This document shows, piece by piece, positions 26,569-36,085 of a DNA stretch of 64,000 nt (the stretch's first letter is position 1; every line of letters starts with the position of its first letter). The notes beneath the pieces are model-generated. The model was not told where the DNA came from, made no database searches, and worked only from the letters and a program-made list of their open reading frames with translations. The stretch comes from Candidatus Parcubacteria bacterium (GTDB lineage: Bacteria; Patescibacteriota; Minisyncoccia; Phycocordibacterales; Zambryskibacteraceae), in contig JAIFWP010000002.1 of the NCBI GenBank assembly GCA_019661785.1, forward strand, positions 39,059-103,058. Direction: 5' to 3'. Made by a program: the position numbers and the translations under genes.

Positions 26569-27043
26569 GTCTAGCAGTAGGACCATAGGAATTGACCCTG
26601 GCTTCGACAGATGCGGCGTGGCGATACTTGAAGGCACTAAGTCGAAGCAAACACTCCTCTTCTCCACCTGCATCATGACTGACAAGAAGCAGGCTCACGA
26701 AGACCGCCTGCTCACTCTTGGAAGCGAGCTCGCGAGCATAATTAAGAAGTGGAAGCCCGAATCTCTCGCAACAGAAAAACTCTTCTTCAACATTAACGTC
26801 CGCACAGGTATCAAAGTTGCCGAAGCAAGAGGCGTCATCCTCTACGAAGCGGCGCGAGCACGACTAGATGTGTATGAATATAGCCCTCAAGACGTTAAGA
26901 TCGCCGTGACTGGATATGGCAAGGCTGACAAGCGCCAAGTGGAGGATATGACTCTCCGAATCCTCGGTATGAAGCAGGCTCCAAAGTATGACGACGAGAC
27001 CGATGCTATTGCATTGTGCATAACTCATCTTGCGTCGGCTTAG
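26531..27043 (+). CDS. ruvC: Crossover junction endodeoxyribonuclease RuvC
   Basis: Carries RTIGIDPGFDRCGVAIL and DETDAIALCITH. The alternative start at 26558 gives a smaller overlap with yebC. Confidence 0.8.
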   Translation: MMKSKKSIQMPSKSSSRTIGIDPGFDRCGVAILEGTKSKQTLLFSTCIMTDKKQAHEDRLLTLGSELASIIKKWKPESLATEKLFFNINVRTGIKVAEARGVILYEAARARLDVYEYSPQDVKIAVTGYGKADKRQVEDMTLRILGMKQAPKYDDETDAIALCITHLASA

Positions 27044-27100
27044 AGCATCTGGTACAAATAAGCACGTTAAAGCCAGATAAATATAGAGACAAATATAAAA

Positions 27101-27301
27101 ATGAACGACGACCTCACAAATGACGACCCTTTAGTGCCCCACGATGACCCGATAGAGGACGACGAGCTCGACGCCGATGCCGTAGTCGACCCCTTGAAGA
27201 CTCCCCACCTAGACCCAGACGAGGAAAGCCTCGAGGACTTGGCTGAAGCGGAAGAGGAGGAAGAGGGTCTCGACCTCGACGACGAGGACGGAGGCTTCTA
27301 G
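27101..27301 (+). CDS. Putative very acidic 66-aa protein (low confidence)
   Basis: The ORF is more than 50% Asp/Glu and sits in the gap between ruvC and tyrS. It has no Shine-Dalgarno and may be non-coding. Confidence 0.2.
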   Translation: MNDDLTNDDPLVPHDDPIEDDELDADAVVDPLKTPHLDPDEESLEDLAEAEEEEEGLDLDDEDGGF

Positions 27302-28461
27302 GACAGAGTCAGCTTGACGAAGCGGTGTTTGCCCACGCGGTAGACGCCGCTTTTCATTTCCGTATCTATTGAGTCAACCTTCTCCCCTGCTTCCGTCTCA
27401 ATAGCACCTGCCTCAACGAGACGCCTGAGCTCGCTCACAGATAGACCGAGCGTCTCTGAGAGATCGCGGAGTTTGGAACCGGACTTTATGGATATATCCT
27501 CTGCGCTGCCAGGCTTTAAGAAATTATTTGCCGCTTCCTCGGCTGCTTCCTTGCTATTAAGATCTGAAACGATTTGAAAAGCTAGTTGTTTCTTGAAGGT
27601 CATTGGGTTCTCGCCATTTTTCATGGCTTCATCTATTTTCACAACCTCGGCCATAGGGATTCTCGTCAAAACTTCGAAGCATTTCACAATGACCTCGTCA
27701 GGAAGAGACATCATCTTGCCATAGAGGTCTCCGGGCTTGTCGGTGAGAGCGATGGCATTGCCTTCAGACTTTCCAATCTTGTTGCCGCTTGCATCAGCGA
27801 GGAGCGGAGTCGTCATAACAAACTTATCCTTCCCCTTCATCGCCTTCATGAGAGTCCTTCCGAAAAGCATGTTAAAGGTCTGGTCACTTCCACCGATTTC
27901 CAAATCCACGTCCATGGCCACCGAGTCATAAGCCTGCAAGAATGGGTACAAGGCCTCTCGCATGTTGAGTTCGCTGCCTTGCTTAATCCTTTCTTGGAAC
28001 AAATCCCTCTCGGCCAACTGCTGCCAAGTGAAGTTCCCAGCAATATTAAGAAAATCAGCAAGTTTCAAATCATTGAGCCAATCGCCGTTGAAAAGGACCT
28101 CGACAGGATTGTCACCGTCAAAACGGACAATCTTTGATGCTTGCTTCACATAATTTGTGGCGTTGGCCCTGAGCTCATCACGAGTGAAAAATTTCTCCCG
28201 ACCCGTCTTCTTGCCCGAAGGGTCTCCGGCCTGTCCTGTACCATCGCCAATTACGAAAATGACATGGTGTCCTGCATTCTGCCAATCAGAGAGCTTTCTA
28301 AGCCCAACCATGTGCCCTATATGAAGCTTGTCTCCAGTTGGATCAAAGCCTTGGTAGAGGCGGAGCTTCTTGCCAGTCTCGAGCACCTCTTCAAGAGCCT
28401 CGCGAGACGGGTAAATCTTGTCTACCCCGCGAGAAAGGAGTTCTTGTACGTCTTTAGTCAT
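27298..28461 (-). CDS. tyrS: Tyrosine--tRNA ligase
   Basis: Carries the HIGH motif (KLHIGHMVG), KMSKS-like KIGKSEG, and a C-terminal S4-like domain. Confidence 0.85.
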   Translation of the reverse strand: MTKDVQELLSRGVDKIYPSREALEEVLETGKKLRLYQGFDPTGDKLHIGHMVGLRKLSDWQNAGHHVIFVIGDGTGQAGDPSGKKTGREKFFTRDELRANATNYVKQASKIVRFDGDNPVEVLFNGDWLNDLKLADFLNIAGNFTWQQLAERDLFQERIKQGSELNMREALYPFLQAYDSVAMDVDLEIGGSDQTFNMLFGRTLMKAMKGKDKFVMTTPLLADASGNKIGKSEGNAIALTDKPGDLYGKMMSLPDEVIVKCFEVLTRIPMAEVVKIDEAMKNGENPMTFKKQLAFQIVSDLNSKEAAEEAANNFLKPGSAEDISIKSGSKLRDLSETLGLSVSELRRLVEAGAIETEAGEKVDSIDTEMKSGVYRVGKHRFVKLTLS

Positions 28462-28492
28462 TGAGCCAACTGTAGCATGCTAAAATGAATTT

Positions 28493-30700
28493 ATGAACCC
28501 CTTCCGAGGCGAGCGCCGAAGCCCGAATAAGCGCCAAAATCTCGTTTTCCTGGGCCTTTCCGGGCTCTTGTTCGTGGCTGGACTAGTCTTCCTCTGGGTA
28601 GCAACGCTCAAAATCCCCGATCTCTCCGACCTCACGACAAGGAGAGTAGCCCAGTCGACCAAAATTTACGACCGCACAGGCACTATTCTTCTCTACGACC
28701 TCGGACAAGACATGCGCCGCACCCTAGTACCCTTTGAGGACATCTCACCGGACGTAAAGCGGGCTGTGGTGTCTATAGAGGATAAGAACTTCTACACCCA
28801 TGGAGGCATAGACCTAGGAGCCATGCTCCGCGCAGTTTTTGTCGATGTCTCGTCGCTATCCTTCTCTCAAGGCGGCTCGACCATAACTCAGCAGGTGGTG
28901 AAGAACTCCATCCTCACGAACGACAAGTCCATCACGAGGAAGTTGAAGGAGTGGGTCCTCGCCCTAAAGCTCGACAATGCGCTCAGCAAAGATGAGGTAT
29001 TGAACTTATATCTCAACGAAATCCCTTTCGGCGGCAACTTGTACGGAGTAGAGGAAGCCTCTATGAGCTTCTTCAACAAGCACGCTAAGGATGTGGACTT
29101 GGCCGAGTCTGCTTATCTCGCCGCTATCATCAACGCTCCTACTTACTACTCTCCTTACGGCTCGCACACAAGCAACCTCGAGGACAGAAAGAACCGAGTA
29201 TTGAAAGAGATGCTCGACCAGAAGAGCATCACTCAGGAAGAGTACGACGCTGCGAAGTCGCAAGTGGTCGTCTTCAGCCCCAAGGAGAACACTGGCGGCA
29301 TCAAGGCTCCGCACTTTGTCTTCTTCGTCATCGACTGGCTGCGTGACCGCTACGGCGAGGATGCGCTGCAGAACGGAGGCCTCAAGATAACTACCACTCT
29401 CGACTACGACATCGAGTCCAAGGCCGAGGCTCTCGCCAAGAAGTACGGCGACATCAACCAAGCGCAATTCAACGCCAACAACAACGCCATCGTGGCCATA
29501 GATCCGAAGTCAGGAGATATCCTTGCCATGGTCGGCTCGAGAAACTATTTTGACCAAAAGATTGGAGGCAACTTCAACGCCGCTACTGGGCACCGCCAGC
29601 CAGGCTCTACCTTCAAGCCCTTCGTCTACTCAGTCCTCTTCGACCGAGGCTATACTCCGGACACAATACTGTGGGATGTGCCAACTGAGTTCTCAACCGA
29701 CTGCGCTTGGAACGACTTCAATGATACAGACCCGACTAACAAGTGCTACTCTCCTCAAGACTATGATGAGAAGTTCCGCGGCCCCATGAAGATACGCGAC
29801 GCGCTAGCCCAGTCGATAAATGTCCCCGCCGTCAAAGCTCTATACCTCGCTGGCATCCAAAGCGCCATCGACCGAGCCAAGGACATGGGCATCACAAGCC
29901 TTACCAACCCTGCACAGTACGGACTCACGCTAGTCTTGGGAGGCGGCGAAGTATCCCCGCTTGAGATGGTCTCGGCTTATAGCGTCTTTGCTAACGACGG
30001 CGTGAGGAATCCCTATAACCCAATATTGAAAGTTGAGGATGGCAATGGCCAGGTCCTTGAGGAGCACACTCCTTCGCCTATGCGCGTACTGGAGGCTGAC
30101 ACAGCGAGGAATATCTCTGACATCCTCTCGGATGCCGTTGCCCGCCTGCCGGCTTATGGCGCAGGCTCTCCCCTCACTATCACCGATCGCCCTGTGGCGG
30201 TGAAAACCGGTACGACGAACGACTCTAAGGACGCTTGGATAATAGGCTACACGCCTAATATCGCGGTCGGAGCCTGGGTCGGCAATAATGAGAACACCCC
30301 CATGGTCAAGAAGGTGGCCGGACTCATCGTAGCTCCTATGTGGCGCGCGCTGATGGACCAGATACTGCCGAATCTCCCTGTAGAGACCTTCCCTGCTCCG
30401 CCGCCGGTCGACCAAACTATAAAGCCAATACTGCGCGGCGACTGGTCGACTGGCGGCGTCCACTCAATACTCTACTGGGTAGACAAAACAAACCCCCTTG
30501 GTCCGCAACCTTCTAACCCAGGCAGAGACTCTCAGTATTCAAATTGGGAGAACGCCATCCAATCATACGTAAGCACTCACGGATTCAACCAGCCACAAGC
30601 CGTTCCACAGCAGCAGCAGCAAGTCTTGCCAGTCACTCCCAACTACTACCCCGGCTATCCATACCCTATATACCAAACTCCCGGAGTGACGACTCAGTAA
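28493..30700 (+). CDS. Class A penicillin-binding protein (PBP1A-like transglycosylase/transpeptidase)
   Basis: Carries GT51 motifs (EDKNFYTHGGID, RKLKEW) and the transpeptidase SGSTFKP, SxN and KTGT motifs. The C-terminus has a Gln/Pro/Tyr-rich tail. Confidence 0.85.
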   Translation: MNPFRGERRSPNKRQNLVFLGLSGLLFVAGLVFLWVATLKIPDLSDLTTRRVAQSTKIYDRTGTILLYDLGQDMRRTLVPFEDISPDVKRAVVSIEDKNFYTHGGIDLGAMLRAVFVDVSSLSFSQGGSTITQQVVKNSILTNDKSITRKLKEWVLALKLDNALSKDEVLNLYLNEIPFGGNLYGVEEASMSFFNKHAKDVDLAESAYLAAIINAPTYYSPYGSHTSNLEDRKNRVLKEMLDQKSITQEEYDAAKSQVVVFSPKENTGGIKAPHFVFFVIDWLRDRYGEDALQNGGLKITTTLDYDIESKAEALAKKYGDINQAQFNANNNAIVAIDPKSGDILAMVGSRNYFDQKIGGNFNAATGHRQPGSTFKPFVYSVLFDRGYTPDTILWDVPTEFSTDCAWNDFNDTDPTNKCYSPQDYDEKFRGPMKIRDALAQSINVPAVKALYLAGIQSAIDRAKDMGITSLTNPAQYGLTLVLGGGEVSPLEMVSAYSVFANDGVRNPYNPILKVEDGNGQVLEEHTPSPMRVLEADTARNISDILSDAVARLPAYGAGSPLTITDRPVAVKTGTTNDSKDAWIIGYTPNIAVGAWVGNNENTPMVKKVAGLIVAPMWRALMDQILPNLPVETFPAPPPVDQTIKPILRGDWSTGGVHSILYWVDKTNPLGPQPSNPGRDSQYSNWENAIQSYVSTHGFNQPQAVPQQQQQVLPVTPNYYPGYPYPIYQTPGVTTQ

Positions 30701-30951
30701 ACTATCTTCTTAAAATTTATCTTCGTTTCAAGCCTCGCTTGGGAGAGTACCTTCGCTTCCTCTAGCTTGATGCTGTTCCTCTTAGTTGGGCTCGTTTTTA
30801 TCCGCAGAGTGTCATTCTTCACACTTATGTCTTCAAGCCTTATGTCGAGCCCTGTAGCGTCTTTGACGCACCTAGCCACAATCTCCCTCGTCTCCACATC
30901 TCGCCCGAGTGAGCGCTTAAAGCGATTTAGGAGATTATCGAGCCCTTCCAT
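30694..30951 (-). CDS. DUF721/DciA-like protein downstream of dnaN
   Basis: An 85-aa protein. IVARCVKDATGLDIRLEDISVKNDTLRIKTSPTKRNSIKLEEAKVL resembles the DciA core, and the position after dnaN is typical. Confidence 0.4.
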   Translation of the reverse strand: MEGLDNLLNRFKRSLGRDVETREIVARCVKDATGLDIRLEDISVKNDTLRIKTSPTKRNSIKLEEAKVLSQARLETKINFKKIVY

Positions 30952-32051
30952 TAGCGATTCATCGGCATGAGTAGGTAGCGGAAGCTCTTATCCCCTACGC
31001 CTTCGACGAGTATGGGTTTGCCTTCTCCGGCAAAGGAGAGCGCGAGGCTATCCGATGGAGTTGAGCCGAATCCGTCGGTCAGGTATCTATGGTTAACGCT
31101 CACAGCAAGCTCCCCGCCTTCAAGCGCAGCAGGGACCAGGTAGGTGTTCTCCCCAACGTTTTGGTTCTTAGACTCTATCTCGAATTGATTCTTCTTTGGA
31201 GCTAGAGAGAGCTTCAGCTGGTTGAAATTATCGGTGAAGACGAGTGCAGTCTTGAGTGAGGTTATGAGGTCCTGCTTTAGGACTATGGCTTTAGCCACGC
31301 TCACACTCGGGATAATCTGTTTATAGTCTGGGAAGGTGCCGTCAATAGTCCTTGAGGTTATGTATATGTTCTCCGAGCGCAGAGCTATCTGGTTGTCCTC
31401 GATAGTGATGGATACATCGGTGTCCAGACCGTCTAGAATCCTTATAATCTCGACGGCGTTCTTCTGCGGGATGAGGATTTGGGTGAAGTTAGGAATCTTC
31501 TTCACCTTGACCTTCTTCTCCGCAAGGCGGAAGGAGTCCGTAGCGACGAAGACAAGACTCTCGGCATCGTGCAAGAGACAAATCGACGATAATTCCGGCT
31601 TCACACTGCCCGTAGCTGCCGCGTAGATGACCGCACGAAGCCCTTGGACGAGATCTTTGGCCGGTAATGAGAAGTTGCTCCCTCCCCCTATCTCCGGGAT
31701 GATAGGGAACTCCTCAGGAGGCAAGGTCATAACTTTGGAGTGGACGCTCGGGGTGTCGAGAGAGAGCGTCTGGCCGTCTGAAGATAGGGTGATGTTCTTC
31801 TCTCGGGTGAGCGACCCGAGGAGAGAGGAAAATACTTGTGCTGGCACCACCAAGTGTCCCTCCTCAAGCACCTTCACAGGCAGATGGATAGATATGCCGA
31901 GGTCTAGATTCGTGGCTCTCACGGTGAGTATGGCGCCAAGAGCCTCAAGTGAGAGGCCTGATAGCACAGGCAAGGTTGGGTTCCTTTGAGCAACCTTCTC
32001 CGCTCTCTGGATGGCTTCCACAATCTTCTCCCTAATTGCTTCTATTTTCAT
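30951..32051 (-). CDS. dnaN: DNA polymerase III beta sliding clamp
   Basis: A 366-aa protein with the three-domain clamp layout, positioned immediately downstream of dnaA. Confidence 0.85.
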   Translation of the reverse strand: MKIEAIREKIVEAIQRAEKVAQRNPTLPVLSGLSLEALGAILTVRATNLDLGISIHLPVKVLEEGHLVVPAQVFSSLLGSLTREKNITLSSDGQTLSLDTPSVHSKVMTLPPEEFPIIPEIGGGSNFSLPAKDLVQGLRAVIYAAATGSVKPELSSICLLHDAESLVFVATDSFRLAEKKVKVKKIPNFTQILIPQKNAVEIIRILDGLDTDVSITIEDNQIALRSENIYITSRTIDGTFPDYKQIIPSVSVAKAIVLKQDLITSLKTALVFTDNFNQLKLSLAPKKNQFEIESKNQNVGENTYLVPAALEGGELAVSVNHRYLTDGFGSTPSDSLALSFAGEGKPILVEGVGDKSFRYLLMPMNR

Positions 32052-32221
32052 ATATAAATACTTGTTACTACTACTAGGGGTGTGGATATGTGGAAAACCT
32101 GGATAACCCTTAATGTTGAGCTTAAAACATCGGAAGCGAAAATGAAAGGACGGGGATAGCTCGGGCTCATTGGGGATGGTTTTGCGTTCATGATGAGTTT
32201 ATCCGCTGTTATACACAGCTA
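32052..32221. promoter_or_regulatory. dnaN-dnaA intergenic region with DnaA boxes (oriC candidate / dnaN promoter)
   Basis: TTATACACA at 32209-32217 is a perfect TTATNCACA box. Two adjacent one-mismatch boxes lie on the opposite strand at 32081-32097 (tgtggatat, tgtggaaaa), and the AT-rich stretch tatataaata is at 32051-32060. Confidence 0.5.
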
Positions 32222-33571
32222 CTACACAACCAAAAGGTTCCTAATCTGGGATAACTCTTGGCCTAGGAGCTGGTCTTGCTTTAGGTCCTCCTTTATCTTC
32301 TCGCACGAGTGGATGACCGTGGTGTGGTCGCGGCCGCCGAGCTTCTCCCCTATGGATGGATATGAGATGTTGAAGTCCTCCCTCAGGATGTACATGATGA
32401 TTTGGCGGGGCTTGATGACCTCCTTTCTCCTGGTCTTCTCATAGATGCTGTCTTCCTCGACAGAGTAGAACTCAGAGATGATCTTCACTATGTCTTTGAC
32501 CGCCACGGCGCGCTTAGGCTTCTGGTTCGACTTCACCAGGTTCCTTACATCTGTCACAGATATCTCGCGGCCCTTGAGCTGAGCGTGAACGATAAGAGTG
32601 TTGAGAGCTCCTTCGAGGTCGCGGATGTTCCCTACTACGGTGTGGGCTAGGTAGTCGATGACTTCTTGCGAGAGGACCATGCCGTGCGTGCGAGCTTTAG
32701 CCGTGAGGATGGCAATGCGAGACTCCTGGTCTGGCTGGGGGATGTCGATAATCATGCCGGCAGACATGCGGCTCTTAAGCCTGTCCTCGAGTCCTTGGAT
32801 GAAGTGCGGATGCTTGTCGGAAGAGAAGATGACCTGCTTGTTGTTGTCGTAGAGGGTGTTGAAAAGGTGGAAGAGCTCTTCCTGGAACTTCTGCTTCTCC
32901 GAGAAGAACTGGATATCGTCCATGATGAGGACGTCGTACTTGCGGTACTTCTCCTTGAAGATGCTCATCTTCTGGTTTTGGAGGGCGTTCATGCAGTCTT
33001 GTCCGAAGCGCTCCGAAGTCATGTAGAAGACGCGCTTAGAGGGGCTTGTGGCCTTCACGTGGTTTCCTATCGCTTGGATGAGGTGTGTCTTGCCGTGGCC
33101 AGTGGAGCCGTAGATGAAAAGAGGATTGTACATGAGGCCGGGAGACTTGATGACTGCTTGGGCTGCCGCGTGAGCCAGCTCGTTGAAGGGGCCGATGACG
33201 AAGGTGTCGAAGGTGTAGCGGGGGTTTAAGTTGTCCTCTTTGTTCACATTGGTCTCAGGCAAAGGCAGGCTGGTCATGCCGGCGGCTTGAGACTTATCAT
33301 CACGGGCGTCTCGCCTCTTAGGCTCGTCGCGGTTGATGGCGTACTCTATGGCGTGTATGGTGTGGTCTCGCTCGCGGAGGAGTTTTAGGATGGTAGCGTG
33401 GTACCTAGCCTGGAACATGTCGCGAGCGAAGGCGTTCGGCACGGAGAGAATCATGGTGTTCTCGTCGCGTTTGACTATGTGGGTATCCTTGAACCAGGTG
33501 GCGAAGGCCGGTTTTGACACAGCAAGCTCTACTTCTGCCAATATGCTGTCCCAAAGTTGTCGATAGTCCAT
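32222..33571 (-). CDS. dnaA: Chromosomal replication initiator protein DnaA
   Basis: Carries the AAA+ Walker A GSTGHGKTHL, Walker B DDIQF and a C-terminal DnaA-box-binding HTH. It is divergent from rpmH. Confidence 0.9.
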   Translation of the reverse strand: MDYRQLWDSILAEVELAVSKPAFATWFKDTHIVKRDENTMILSVPNAFARDMFQARYHATILKLLRERDHTIHAIEYAINRDEPKRRDARDDKSQAAGMTSLPLPETNVNKEDNLNPRYTFDTFVIGPFNELAHAAAQAVIKSPGLMYNPLFIYGSTGHGKTHLIQAIGNHVKATSPSKRVFYMTSERFGQDCMNALQNQKMSIFKEKYRKYDVLIMDDIQFFSEKQKFQEELFHLFNTLYDNNKQVIFSSDKHPHFIQGLEDRLKSRMSAGMIIDIPQPDQESRIAILTAKARTHGMVLSQEVIDYLAHTVVGNIRDLEGALNTLIVHAQLKGREISVTDVRNLVKSNQKPKRAVAVKDIVKIISEFYSVEEDSIYEKTRRKEVIKPRQIIMYILREDFNISYPSIGEKLGGRDHTTVIHSCEKIKEDLKQDQLLGQELSQIRNLLVV

Positions 33572-33624
33572 ATGAGTTTAGAAAGACGCTAGTAGTATAT
33601 CCTTCGAATCGAAATACCCGAAAC

Positions 33625-33653
33625 TTGTTCAAACCGTGAAAATTGTTTATAAT
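33625..33653 (+). promoter_or_regulatory. Putative sigma70 promoter of rpmH-rnpA-yidC
   Basis: The -35-like element ttgttc is separated by a 17-nt spacer from TATAAT at 33648-33653, about 25 nt upstream of the rpmH ATG. Confidence 0.35.
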
Positions 33654-33677
33654 GTGTTCATAACCTGTTGACGAACA

Positions 33678-33812
33678 ATGTCTACAACATACCAACCAAA
33701 GAAGCGCAAGAGAGCCCGCTCGCACGGGTGGAGGAAACGAGCCGTATCTAGCGGTGGACGCCGCACGGTCGTCGCTCGCCGCCGCAAGGGGCGCAAGCGC
33801 TTGACTGTCTAA
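33678..33812 (+). CDS. rpmH: 50S ribosomal protein L34
   Basis: A 44-aa ORF, MSTTYQPKKRKRARSHGWRKRAVSSGGRRTVVARRRKGRKRLTV, that falls below the ORF-track length cutoff. It occupies the classic position before rnpA. Confidence 0.8.
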   Translation: MSTTYQPKKRKRARSHGWRKRAVSSGGRRTVVARRRKGRKRLTV

Positions 33813-34144
33813 TGCTTTCGAGGGGTAACAGGATTCCTAGGAGACTCTTCTCCCCCATACTCTCGAGTCGGAGCTTCAAAAACTCGCTTCATTTCACTCT
33901 TCGCATAGGAGAGTCCAGCGTTAATGTGCCCAGAATCGCAGTTTCCGTGTCTAAAAAGGTCGCTAAGGGCGCCGTAGAGAGAAATACGCTCCGTCGGAGG
34001 GTCTACGCAGTCTTAAAAGACGAAATCAGAGGACTTAAGGCGGGCCTCTATCTCTTCGTGGCGAAAAGAGGAGCCTCTGGCATGAAGGGCGAAGCGCTCA
34101 AGAAAGAGGTGCTAGAGCTTCTCAATTCAGTTCAAAGGGCATAA
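33812..34144 (+). CDS. rnpA: Ribonuclease P protein component
   Basis: Carries the RNR-like motif SKKVAKGAVERNTLRRRV. Its start overlaps the rpmH stop (TAATG). Confidence 0.75.
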   Translation: MLSRGNRIPRRLFSPILSSRSFKNSLHFTLRIGESSVNVPRIAVSVSKKVAKGAVERNTLRRRVYAVLKDEIRGLKAGLYLFVAKRGASGMKGEALKKEVLELLNSVQRA

Positions 34145-34154
34145 GATTAGTCTC

Positions 34155-34868
34155 ATGTCGTATTTGTACCACCACTTCCTTGTTGCTCCGATATATAACG
34201 TATTGGTCTGGCTTCTCAATGTACTCCCCTTCTCCGATGCGGGGCTCGCTATCATCATCATCACAATCCTCGTCCGCCTTATCCTATTCCCGCTTTCGAA
34301 GAAGGCCGTGACCGCTCAAGTGGAAATGCAAAGAATAGCTCCCGAGCTTGAGAATATAAAAACCAAGTACCAGGATGACCAGGAGGAGCAGGCCAGAAGA
34401 ACCTTGGCTTTGTATAAAGAGAGAGGAGTGAACCCCTTCTCCGGCATTCTTGTGCTCGTGATACAGCTCCCAGTCATCTTCGCTCTTTACAGAATCTTTT
34501 TGTACACCGGTTTTCCGAAGATAGACTCGACCATGCTCTATACCTTCATCCATGTGCCAGCACAGGTGAGCTCAGTCTTCCTTGGGCTAGACCTGACAGA
34601 GAAGAGCGCTATCCTTGCTTTGCTCGCGGCTGTTGCCACTTTCTTCCAGATACGCTTGGCTACAGTTAATCTGCCAAAGAAGAGCGGCAAGTCTTCGTTC
34701 GGAGATGATCTCGCAAAGAATATGCAAGCTCAGATGAAATACTTTCTCCCGGTGCTTGTCTTCTTCATCGCTTATAAGATTTCAGGAGTCATTGCTCTCT
34801 ACTGGCTTACCACAAACCTATTTACCATCGGCCAAGAGATAGTCGTGCGAAGGAAGCTTAAGGTATGA
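34155..34868 (+). CDS. yidC: Membrane protein insertase YidC (short Oxa1-like form)
   Basis: A 237-aa protein with 5 TM helices and conserved YidC core helices. It occupies the rnpA-yidC position. Confidence 0.7.
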   Translation: MSYLYHHFLVAPIYNVLVWLLNVLPFSDAGLAIIIITILVRLILFPLSKKAVTAQVEMQRIAPELENIKTKYQDDQEEQARRTLALYKERGVNPFSGILVLVIQLPVIFALYRIFLYTGFPKIDSTMLYTFIHVPAQVSSVFLGLDLTEKSAILALLAAVATFFQIRLATVNLPKKSGKSSFGDDLAKNMQAQMKYFLPVLVFFIAYKISGVIALYWLTTNLFTIGQEIVVRRKLKV

Positions 34869-36084
34869 GCTTAAGAGCCCAGAGGGAGAGGTCGGATTTA
34901 TTTATAAAGAAGAGGTAATCCTCGCTAGGGCTTAGGAACGGCTTCTCTACATCTATGTCGGTATGGAAGTCAGTGCTTGGGTCCGCTAAAACATCTGTCG
35001 AGTTTGTTGTCACATCTATCCTCCACACTCTATCGGCGAAGCTAGTTAGGCCCTTGTACCACAAGTCAGGCTGACCACTTGGGAATCCGCCGCTCGGCGC
35101 GCCGCAGTAGACAGTGGAGGAGGACTTCACGCTCCAGGCGCACTTCTCTGGCAAGGTGTTTGGGAATAAGGTGGTCGAAGCTTTCGATGAGAGGTTCAAT
35201 ATAGAAAACGTGTTCGACCCATCACTCTCGTAGGCAAAGAGCGCCCGCTTGCCGTCTGGGGAGAGGTTTGCAGTGAGTCCTAGGAGAGGGCCAAGTACCT
35301 TTGTCATAGCGCCGGTCGAGAGATTCAAGGTATAAGCATATCCTAGGGCTTGCTCGGAGGCCTTGGTATAAATGAGAGCCGTTGAGGCATTTACAGGCAC
35401 AAGGCGCCAGTTAGTGAACGGCATCGTGAAAAGGGTTTTGGGCTTCTCCCCGAGGAAGCTAGACAGGGCTAGAGCGCCTGTGTCATCGAGGACATACAAG
35501 AGATTGCCGTTAGGCATCACGGCAAGTTCGTCCACGCTGCCGCGGAGCAAGGTTGCTGTCTCGGTGTATAAGTTTGATGTAGAGGTGGACTTCGGGGCTA
35601 TAAGAGTGATAGATGCGTTCTTCACTACATCATGCCCCTCGTCGAGTGAGCGAGCCACAAAGCCGGATGCATCGCCTTTCCACAGCGCCTCATATACCTT
35701 TGGTATAGTCGTGTTCGCTATCTGCTGCTTCTCAAGAGTGGCAAGGTTTATTTCAAGTACATGTCCTGTGGCGCGGTCGACGTAGCGCACAAACGTGAGG
35801 CCGTTCTTCGCAAAGCTCACGCTGCCTGCTACCGGGGCGTCCGAGAGTTTGAAGAGCTTGGCCAGAGGCTTGCCATCTGCTCCCAAGCCGGTTTGTGTCC
35901 CATCGTCATCATTTGAACCATCATTTGTCACAGGATTGCTAGAGCCATCAGGAGATGTGCCGAATGGCAGACTATTGATGATAGTCGATACGACTGGGGA
36001 CTTGCCGCCCAAGAGGAAGTACAAGACAGCCGTACCGGCAATGAGGACTAGAGGTATAGAAATGAATAGGGCTCGTCGGGACAT
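34858..36084 (-). CDS. Membrane-anchored PD40/TolB-like beta-propeller protein (last gene of T4SS-like operon)
   Basis: An N-terminal TM segment followed by repeated PD40-like motifs (SPDGKRALFAYESDGS, MPNGNLLYVLDD). Confidence 0.45.
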   Translation of the reverse strand: MSRRALFISIPLVLIAGTAVLYFLLGGKSPVVSTIINSLPFGTSPDGSSNPVTNDGSNDDDGTQTGLGADGKPLAKLFKLSDAPVAGSVSFAKNGLTFVRYVDRATGHVLEINLATLEKQQIANTTIPKVYEALWKGDASGFVARSLDEGHDVVKNASITLIAPKSTSTSNLYTETATLLRGSVDELAVMPNGNLLYVLDDTGALALSSFLGEKPKTLFTMPFTNWRLVPVNASTALIYTKASEQALGYAYTLNLSTGAMTKVLGPLLGLTANLSPDGKRALFAYESDGSNTFSILNLSSKASTTLFPNTLPEKCAWSVKSSSTVYCGAPSGGFPSGQPDLWYKGLTSFADRVWRIDVTTNSTDVLADPSTDFHTDIDVEKPFLSPSEDYLFFINKSDLSLWALKLIP

Positions 36085-36085
36085 G

